This document shows positions 55,001 through 64,000 of a stretch of 64,000 nt of DNA, in pieces; position 1 is the stretch's first letter, and the number at the start of each line of letters is the position of its first letter. The stretch spans positions 81,780,001 to 81,844,000 of the forward strand of contig CM052817.1 in assembly GCA_028534125.1 (NCBI GenBank), in the 5' to 3' direction. Position numbers and translations under genes: made by a program. This stretch comes from Lama glama. Its lineage: Eukaryota. Under the pieces are notes generated by a model. It had not been told where the DNA came from. It ran no database searches and saw only the letters and a program-made list of their open reading frames with translations.

Positions 55001-55049
55001 GGACGAACTAAAGTGCGGGGATCAATGAGTGGCGAGCAAAGTTTCTGAG

Positions 55050-55103
55050 TCCTGCTCCAGCTTGCGGTCTTCCCTCCCCCTCTGTTTGTGTTTCGGCGAC
55101 GCG

Positions 55104-55154
<51 letters not shown>

Positions 55155-56069
55155 CGCGCGCGCGCGTGCGGCGGGGAAGGGGCGGGGAGAGTGTGAGGGA
55201 CCAGCCGGAGGTTGAGAGGGGCTCGCTGAGCTCCAGCTCCACGGCGGTACTACCTTCAGCCCAGGCAGGCGAGAGGGAGAGCGCTGACAGCCGCGGTCCG
55301 GAGCTGCTGAAGGCGCCGCCACAGCCCAGCGTCGACTTGCCCGCCTCCACCACCAACAGTGAAGGAGAAAGAGGGACCAACCACCCCCACCCCGCCCCAA
55401 ACAAAAAGCCTTGTGGATTACAAAGTGAAACTGACACGGGACAATAAAAGCAAAGGGCACGAGGTCAGGGGCGAGGCGCACTAGAGTGGGCTTCTCTGAC
55501 TGGGGAGCGGGAGAAGGAGCCTCCTGGCATGGTGAGGGGAGGGGAGCGCTGCTCCTGCCCGACCCCGGCGAGGCCGAGAAGAAAGGGGGACCGGCGCTCG
55601 ATTTGGATGTACAAATAATGGGTCGACAGGCGTCCCAGCAGAGGTAAAAATAATAAATAAATAAATTCTAAAATGCCTAGAAGCTCTGGATTTTGCCTGA
55701 GCCCGACTACGGGTTCGAAGCCGCAGCAGGGGCGGCGGCGGCGGCTGCTGGAAGAGAAGGGACGGAGCTGAGCGCTCCCGGGTACCGGAGCCGTAGCGCC
55801 AACGCGAGCGCTTGGAACGCAGTTTGCTCGCTGCCCGCGCTCAGACGCCGCCGCCTGGGCCTCAGCGGCCACTTCTGCAGCCTTGCTGGAGGGGCGTTGC
55901 AGCCTTGTTCTTGAGGAGTGGGGACTCGAGGAAGTCCCTTTTCTTCGGCTTTGGGGAAAGGAATTCGACAATCTCTCGGTTCCCCGTCGCCCCCTTCCCC
56001 GTGCGCAGTCGTTTTTTCCACACATCGCTACGGACGTTTGTCCTTCCCTCTTCAGTTTCTTCGCCGTGG
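55050..56069 (+). other. FAT4: FAT4 non-coding exon 1 (5' UTR); start approximate
   Basis: Consensus donor TGG|GTAAGT at 56069/56070, inside the CpG island and downstream of CCAAT/GC boxes. TSS position is inferred from recalled human FAT4 structure, not directly visible. Confidence 0.7.
55107..55170. repeat. Compound microsatellite (TG)20(CG)10TGCG
   Basis: Read directly: 64 bp of uninterrupted pyrimidine-purine alternation. Confidence 0.98.
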
Positions 56070-56500
56070 GTAAGTTCTAAAGTTTCTGAAGACAGTTGTT
56101 TGCAATGATTCCTCATATACCTTAACTACAGGCAATCTCTCCCGACTCACATCCACCCGGGCGAAAAAGCTCAGACTCTCTGGATTCAAAAACAGAGTGA
56201 AGGGGGAAAATGTAGGAGGTTTGAGAAACTTTTCTGGGAGCTCATCAAAGCACAGGAGACAGGAGTGGCCAGAGGAATGCCCTGCTGCTTTTCCTCAAGG
56301 CATCTCCCTCCCAGTAAGCGTCCAAATGGCTACCTGGAGCCTTTTGCTGATGCGACTTGCTTCTGCTGGGCTGGAGGTTCTTTGAAATAGCAGAGCTCTC
56401 AGACAGAGCCATCTGCTGCATGTTTGCTGGGGCTGCTTAATCCCTGTCATCATCACACTTTTTGCCTCACTTCTTCCTTCTGTTTATCACGCCGTTCCAG
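56070..56500 (+). other. FAT4: FAT4 intron 1 (431 nt)
   Basis: GTAAGT donor; polypyrimidine tract cacttcttccttctgtttatc; acceptor ttccAG|G at 56500, leaving 12 nt of UTR before the ATG. Confidence 0.85.
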
Positions 56501-56512
56501 GGAGCCAGGACC

Positions 56513-59500
56513 ATGGACTTGGCAGCACACAGGGCTCCTGGCCGCCCGTGGCTCCCGCTGCCCTCTTTATCATTATTTCAGCTCCTTCGCATCTTTTGGC
56601 TGTGGTCACTACTCCCGGGGCCAGCCCGTGTCAGCGGGGCTGAGCAGCGCCAGGTGTTTCAGGTGCTGGAGGAGCAACCTCCCGGCACGCTGGTGGGTAC
56701 CATCCAGACGCGCCCAGGCTTCACCTATCGGCTCAGCGAAAGCCACGCCCTGTTTGCCATAAACAGTAGCACCGGAGCCCTGTACACCACTGCCACCATC
56801 GACCGCGAGAGCCTACCCAGCGACGTGATCAACCTGGTGGTTCTTTCCAGCTCGCCCACCTACCCCACCGAAGTGCGAGTGTTGGTGCAGGACCTCAACG
56901 ACAACGCCCCCGTCTTCCCGGACCCTTCGATTGTGGTTACGTTCAAGGAGGACAGTAGCAGCGGGCGGCAAGTCATCTTGGATACGGCCACCGACTCGGA
57001 TATCGGCTCCAATGGTGTGGACCACCGCTCCTATCGCATCATCCAGGGCAACGAGGCGGGCCGCTTCCGCCTGGACATCACCCTGAACCCGAGTGGCGAG
57101 GGCGCGTTCTTGCATCTGGTGTCTAAGGGTGGGCTTGACCGCGAGGTCACACCACAGTACCAGCTACTGGTGGAAGTGGAGGACAAGGGCGAGCCGAAGC
57201 GGCGGGGCTACCTTCAGGTAAATGTGACTGTGCAGGACATTAATGACAATCCCCCGGTTTTTGGCAGTTCCCACTACCAGGCGGGGGTGCCTGAGGACGC
57301 GGCGGTGGGCTCCAGCGTCCTCCAGGTGGCGGCGGCGGACGCGGACGAGGGCACCAACGCGGATATCCGCTATCGGCTGCAGGACGAGGGGACTCCGTTC
57401 CAAATGGACCCCGAAACGGGGCTTATCACGGTGCGGGAGCCCCTGGACTTCGAGGCCCGGCGCCAGTACTCGCTTACCGTGCAGGCTATGGACCGAGGCG
57501 TGCCTTCCCTCACTGGGCGCGCCGAGGCGCTGATTCAGCTGCTGGACGTCAACGACAATGACCCTGTGGTAAAATTCCGCTACTTCCCTGCCACCTCACG
57601 CTATGCCTCCGTAGATGAGAACGCTCAAGTGGGCACTGTGGTGGCTCTGCTCACCGTGACGGACGCAGACTCCCCCGCGGCCAACGGGAACATCTCTGTG
57701 CAGATTCTTGGGGGCAATGAGCAGCGCCACTTTGAGGTGCAGAGCAGCAAAGTGCCGAACCTGAGCCTCATCAAAGTAGCCAGCGCCTTGGACCGGGAGC
57801 GCATCCCTTCTTACAACCTAACAGTTTCTGTCTCTGATAACTACGGGGCGCCCCCTGGCGCAGCGGTCCAGGCGCGCTCTTCTGTGGCAAGCTTGGTGAT
57901 TTTCGTCAATGACATCAATGACCACCCTCCCGTCTTTGCACAGCAAGTGTACCGAGTGAACCTGAGCGAGGAGGCGCCCCCAGGAAGCTATGTGAGTGGA
58001 GTATCTGCTACTGACGGCGACTCTGGTCTCAATGCTAATCTGCGTTACAGCATCGTCTCTGGCAATGGACTAGGTTGGTTCCACATCAGTGAACATAGCG
58101 GCCTGGTGACCACTGGGCTTGCTGGGGGCTTGGACCGTGAACTTGCTTCTCAGATTGTACTGAATATCAGTGCTCGGGACCAGGGAGTTCATCCCAAAGT
58201 TTCCTATGCCCAGCTGGTAGTAACTCTACTGGATGTGAATGATGAAAAGCCAGTGTTTAGCCAGCCGGAAGGATATGAGGTGTCTGTGGTTGAGAATGCT
58301 CCTACAGGGACAGAACTCCTGGTGCTTGGGGCAACTGATGGGGACTTGGGTGACAATGGGACGGTGCGTTTCTCCCTACAAGAGGCTGAGACTGACCAGA
58401 GGTCCTTCCGACTGGATCCTGTGTCTGGGAGGTTGAGTACTATCTCCTCCTTGGACAGAGAGGAGCAAGCTTTCTACTCCCTATTGGTTCTGGCCACGGA
58501 TCTGGGCTCCCCTCCCCAGGCATCAATGGCTCGTATAAATGTGAGTCTTCTGGATATTAATGACAACAGCCCTGTGTTCTACCCTGTCCAGTACTTTGCT
58601 CATATTCAGGAGAATGAGCCTGGAGGTAGCTACATCACCACAGTGTCTGCCACTGACCCAGATTTGGGTCTCAATGGGACTGTCAAATATAGTATGTCAG
58701 CTGGGGACAGGTCTCGGTTTCAGGTCAATGCTCAGAGTGGGGTTATTTCTACAAGAATGGCCCTAGACAGAGAAGAAAAAACTGCTTACCAGTTGCAAAT
58801 AGTGGCTACTGATGGTGGCAATTTACAGTCTCCCAACCAGGCAATAGTCACCATCACTGTATTGGACACTCAAGACAACCCACCTGTATTCAGTCAGGCT
58901 GCCTATAGCTTCGTGGTCTTTGAGAATGTGGCTCTGGGATATCATGTGGGTAGTGTGTCTGCATCCACCATGGATCTCAATTCCAACATCACTTATCTCA
59001 TTACTACTGGGGATCAGAGAGGTATGTTTGCTATCAACCAGGTCACTGGGCAGCTTACCACAGCAAGTGTGATTGACAGAGAAGAGCAATCCTTCTATCA
59101 GCTGAAAGTAGTAGCCAGTGGGGGCACCATAACTGGAGACACTGTGGTTAACATAACAGTTAAGGATTTAAATGACAACTCTCCCCATTTCCTTCAGGCA
59201 GTAGAGAGTGTGAATGTGGTGGAGAATTGGCAGGCAGGTCACAGCATTTTCCAAGCCAAAGCTATGGACCCTGATGAAGGTGTCAATGGCATGGTACTCT
59301 ATAGCCTGAAGCAAAACCCCAAGAACCTCTTTGCTATCAATGAAAAGAATGGTAACATTAGTCTGCTAGGTCCCCTGGATGTCCATGCTGGTTCCTACCA
59401 GATAGAGATCTTGGCATCTGATCTGGGTGTTCCCCAGCTCTCCTCTAGTTTCATCTTAACAGTTTATGTCCATGATGTGAATGACAACCCACCAGTGTTT

Positions 59501-61687
59501 GACCAGCTTTCATATGAGGTCACCCTTTCTGAGTCAGAACCTGTGAATTCTCGATTCTTCAAAGTGCAAGCTTTTGATAAAGATTCAGGAGCAAATGGGG
59601 AAATTGCATACAGCATTGCTGAAGGAAATACAGGGGATGCTTTTGGCATATTCCCAGATGGTCAATTGTATATAAAAAGTGAACTGGACCGTGAGCTTCA
59701 AGACAGATATGTTTTACTGGTGGTTGCTTCTGACAGAGCAGTGGAACCCCTTAGTGCTACTGTGAATGTTACTATAATTTTAGAAGATGTAAATGATAAC
59801 AGACCTCTTTTTAACAGTACCAATTACACATTTTACTTTGAAGAAGAACAGAGAGCAGGGTCATTTGTGGGCAAAGTAAGTGCTATAGATAAAGACTTTG
59901 GGCCAAATGGAGAAGTAAGGTATTCTTTTGAAACGGTGCAGCCAGATTTTGAGTTGCATGCAGTTAGTGGGGAAATTACAAATACTCATCAGTTTGACAG
60001 GGAGTCTCTTATGAGGCGGAGGGGGACTGCAGTGTTTAGCTTTACAGTCATTGCAACAGATCAGGGGCTCCCTCAGCCCCTCAAGGATCAGGCCACCGTA
60101 CATGTGTACATGAAGGATATAAACGATAATGCTCCCAAGTTTTTAAAAGACTTTTACCAAGCTACAATATCAGAGTCAGCAGCCAACCTGACCCAGGTTT
60201 TAAGAGTTTCGGCCTCAGATGTTGATGAAGGTAGTAATGGACTTATTCATTATTCTGTAATAAAAGGAAATGAAGAGAGACAGTTCGCTATAGATAGTAC
60301 CTCTGGTCAGGTGACACTGATTGGCACCTTAGACTATGAAGCAACAGCTACCTATTCCCTTGTAATTCAAGCGGTTGATTCAGGGGCAGTCTCCCTCAAT
60401 TCAACTTGTACCTTAAATATTGATATTTTAGATGAAAATGACAATACCCCTTCCTTCCCTAAATCAACTCTATTTGTTGACGTTTTGGAAAATATGAGAA
60501 TTGGTGAACTCGTGTCCTCTGTTACTGCCACTGATTCAGATTCAGGTGACAATGCTGATTTACATTACAGTATTACTGGGACTAACAACCATGGGACTTT
60601 TAGCATTAGCCCCAACACTGGGAGTATTTTTCTTGCCAAAAAATTGGACTTTGAAACACAGTCTTTGTACAAATTAAATATAACAGCAAAAGACCAAGGG
60701 AGGCCTCCTCGTTCATCTACGATGTCAGTGGTTATACACGTGAGAGACTTCAATGACAATCCTCCTAGCTTTCCTCCTGGGGATATTTTCAAGTCTATTG
60801 TTGAGAACATTCCCATTGGAACGTCTGTCATTTCAGTGACTGCACATGACCCTGATGCGGACATTAATGGGCAACTCTCCTATACGATCATTCAGCAGAT
60901 GCCAAGGGGCAACCACTTTGGCATAGATGAAGTCAAGGGCACTATATATACTAACGCTGAAATAGATCGGGAATTTGCTAATCTCTTTGAGTTAACTGTA
61001 AAAGCCAATGATCAAGCAGTGCCTATAGAAACCAGAAGGTATGCTTTGAAAAACGTGACCATTTTGGTTACAGACCTCAATGACAATGTTCCCATGTTTA
61101 TATCACAAAACGCCCTTGCTGCAGACCCTTCAGCTGTGATTGGTTCTGTTCTGACGACAATTATGGCAGCTGACCCAGATGAAGGGGCCAACGGAGAGGT
61201 GGAGTATGAGATCATCAATGGGGACACAGACACCTTCATCGTGGATCGTTACAGTGGAGACCTGAGAGTGGCTTCGGCGCTGGTGCCTTCTCAGCTAATC
61301 TATAATCTCATAGTGTCAGCAACAGACCTTGGCCCTGAGAGGAGGAAATCAACCACTGAATTGACCGTCATTCTTCAAGGCCTTGATGGACCTGTTTTTA
61401 CGCAACCAAAATATATAACTATTTTGAAGGAAGGTGAACCCATTGGCACCAACGTAATATCAATAGAAGCAGCTAGCCCCAGAGGATCAGAAGCCCCGGT
61501 GGAGTACTACATTGTTTCAGTCCGTTGTGAAGAAAAAACTGTTGGGCGTCTCTTTACTATTGGACGACAAACGGGCGTGATTCAGACTGCAGCCATTCTG
61601 GACCGGGAGCAAGGAGCATGTCTTTACCTGGTGGATGTTTATGCCATAGAAAAATCAACTGCTTTTCCCAGAACACAGAGAGCAGAG
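56513..61687 (+). CDS. FAT4: FAT atypical cadherin 4, first coding exon (partial CDS, 1725 codons: signal peptide, EC1-EC15 and most of EC16)
   Basis: ATG at 56513 in strong Kozak context (accATGg). N-terminus MDLAAHRAPGRPWLPL...AEQRQVFQVLEEQPPGT is recognisable as FAT4. 14 DxNDN-type linkers plus the degenerate QGLDGPVF linker, with recurring DRE and DxDxG motifs. Ends at phase-0 donor GAG|GTAATG (61687/61688); 5175 nt. The ORF-track start (56462, TTG) and end (61765) lie in introns. Confidence 0.97.
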
Positions 61688-64000
61688 GTAATGATTTTGC
61701 AGTCACTTATGAATTATTCGTTGCTGTGTTTTTTAGAAAGATTGCTCTATATTTCCTTTACATAATGATTTACCTTTATTTTTTATTGTTAATTGTACTG
61801 ACAAGAGCATACAGAAATGTTCTATCACAGAGCCTAATAAGAATTACCTAAAATTTAGCTTTCATCCTGGTCAGAACCAGTGAAGAGTTTTTACCTTATA
61901 TTTCATCTCATGCAATCATATGAGTAAGACTAAGGAGAACTCTCCAGCTATTTCAAAAGTGCAAACAAAAAATCCATTTATCTAAGTTAAATCACTGCAC
62001 TAAAGACAGCCTGGTAAGGAAGTCATAGAGGCTGAGCAATTTCAGACTTAAGAAATCCCTGTTCCAAAATGAAACATTTTGGTAGAAATCAGCGTTCTGG
62101 CATAGCTATCTAGGGGGAGTGGCAATGGAGGATGGGGGATAGTTTACATCAGGACGGTATTAACTTTCACATCCTCAGCAGTCTTGGCAGTTTCTTTATA
62201 GACAGTGACTAATTTCAATGTGCCGAGCCAAGTTTGGGGAGATTCCTGATTTCATCTGCCTTCACATTTTAGGCACCGTCTTCTGACTTAGGGTAATCCT
62301 TTCTCTTCCCTCTTGAACTAAAGTATATAATGTGCTGTGAATGATCAGAGATTAGAAGCTGTTTCTTGAGACAAAACTGTTTTGTTCAGTGCCATGGCAT
62401 TGGTACAAGTTGTTCTGTCTGCTGATGGGTAAGAAACTAGCTTTTCCTAGCCTAAGCCAAAAGAATTCCAAGCCTGGCTTTTCCTGGGGTATATTTTTGG
62501 CTATTACTGCCTCCGTGTATCATTGATTTGTTTTGTAATTGAAGTACTTCCAATGTTGTAATGATGATCAACTAGAAAAGATATAGCCAGACTCTGAAAA
62601 GCTCTTGCCTGCTGTTCCTGAAGCTCTCCCTCTCCTCTCCCTTCAAAGACATTCTGGTGCCAGTCAGCCAAAAACACAAAATATCAAATGTGGTTTGTGA
62701 TACTTGGTAGTAACCCAGACACAACATGCTAGTGAAATTGAGGCTCATGTGTTTCTTTTCTTGCTTTCTTTTCTTTCTTAGAGAGGTGAGGGGTTTTCTT
62801 CATTTAAAACATTCATTTATTATTATTATCTTTTTGACTCCCCTGTAATAGTTCTTTCATAATAGCTATCTATATCTGTTCTATGGATGAACTAGTATAT
62901 TCATGGCCTAGAGGATATTAGAGATATAATTATAGATATAATTCTTGATAATTCTTAGAGATGTAATTCTAAGTGGAGTTCAGTATTATCATATTCACAT
63001 AGCCCTGAAGAAACTTCTACCCACATGTCCTCTTTTACCTAATTAGTTTTTTAAAGACCTTAACCTAAGTCTTACATGTTGAACTATGTGGATTAACGCA
63101 GGGCCATGATTTACATGTAATTTGATTTCAGTTTGGGCTTATTCCTCCCCTAAACCCATACCCTCGCTCTACCTTCCTTCTCTGGAATTATTTCTTAGAT
63201 GAAGAGATTCAATGAGTTTAAAAACTGAAATATTAACGATAGGCAATTTATCATTCCAGACTTTCGCTAAATTTATTAAACTGTAAAACAAATTATGTTA
63301 TTGGTTGTTTGATTCAATGTATTACATTTATTAGAATTATATGGAGAATGAGAGTAAATGTCCATTGTTATCATGGGGAGATTTATTTAGTCTTATTAAT
63401 TGCCCATTAGATATGCAAAGATTGGCTTAGCTTAAATTTTTAAATTTAAGATTTAAATTGCAGAGACAACAATAGGCATGAAGATTAAAAATAATAATTG
63501 TAAATCATTCTGTAAGTAATAGGGGATTATGGGTCTTACTTTTTTAACCTCAAATAATACCAGTATGAGAAGTTCTTCATATTTACTGTACTCTATTTAT
63601 TTAAAAATCTGGAGAGGATTCATCATAATGATTTTTTTTGTGAAAAAAATTGTTTGTCAGGGTTTCTTCTGTGAACTAAAGTGCTGAAATTGTAAACCAA
63701 GTTGGAGTTCCCAAGCTCCAACCACTCCTAAAATTAAAAGCAAATGTGTTTCTCCAAAGAATATTGAAAGCAGTAGTTGGGAGCTAGAATTTCATATTAT
63801 TATTGGTTGCATCTTTCAAGTACATACAATAAAGTTCTTTTTTTTTTCCTTCTGCTCAAACATTAATTTACCATGATTCTGCAAGAAGCAGTTGTAGGTT
63901 ACCTCTGGTTATCAGAGGTGATTTTTCAATTGTTTGTTTCCATATGCAATCTTTGCTCCAATGCATTATTTCACAATTTATTCATGCACACTGTTAGGAG
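61688..64000 (+). other. FAT4: Start of FAT4 intron 2
   Basis: GTAATG donor, then loss of cadherin similarity and AT-rich sequence; no further exon seen. Confidence 0.9.

Larger units (their letters stand above)
54250..58050. promoter_or_regulatory. CpG island / TATA-less FAT4 promoter extending into exon 2
   Basis: Sharp rise in GC and CpG density relative to the CpG-depleted flanks; GC box aggcgggg 54916-54923 and CCAAT 54940-54944; a CpG dip in intron 1. Confidence 0.9.

Noticed and set aside
54988..56116. 65-186 aa ORFs in the CpG island
   Set aside because: Stop-poor GC-rich and microsatellite sequence giving low-complexity translations (HTHT, CVCV, RARA).
56462..56512. 17-aa N-terminal extension of FAT4 in the ORF track
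   Set aside because: Starts at a TTG inside the intron 1 polypyrimidine tract; the ATG at 56513 has a strong Kozak context and begins the signal peptide.
56813..61239. Antisense and alternate-frame ORFs within FAT4 exon 2
   Set aside because: Shadow ORFs expected from codon bias; no independent homology.
1..64000. A novel multi-gene or prokaryote-type system
   Set aside because: The only coding gene is FAT4; the rest is largely explained by mammalian repeats and non-coding DNA.

Overview
Mammalian genomic DNA, very likely camelid (alpaca/llama/camel): six tRNA-derived SINEs match the camelid Vic-1 type. Bases ~1-54,000 are an AT-rich, gene-free stretch of interspersed repeats (L1, L2, MIR, solo LTRs, hAT MITEs, SINEs) with one 500-N assembly gap. 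The right end holds the 5' end of FAT4 on the + strand: a CpG-island promoter, a ~1 kb non-coding exon 1, a 431-nt intron, and a giant coding exon (56501-61687; ATG 56513; signal peptide plus cadherin repeats 1 to most of 16), followed by intron 2. All other ORFs look spurious. The most notable observations are: a probably full-length young L1 hidden in the N-gap, with a perfect 15-bp TSD; a (TG)20(CG)10 Z-DNA tract abutting a G4 motif, plus three uORFs, in the FAT4 leader; an open read-through past the exon 2 donor giving a hydrophobic tail; and a young ERV1-type solo LTR ~9 kb upstream. I found no convincing evidence of a novel biological system. Repeat subfamily names are from recall of consensus sequences and need RepeatMasker/Dfam confirmation.
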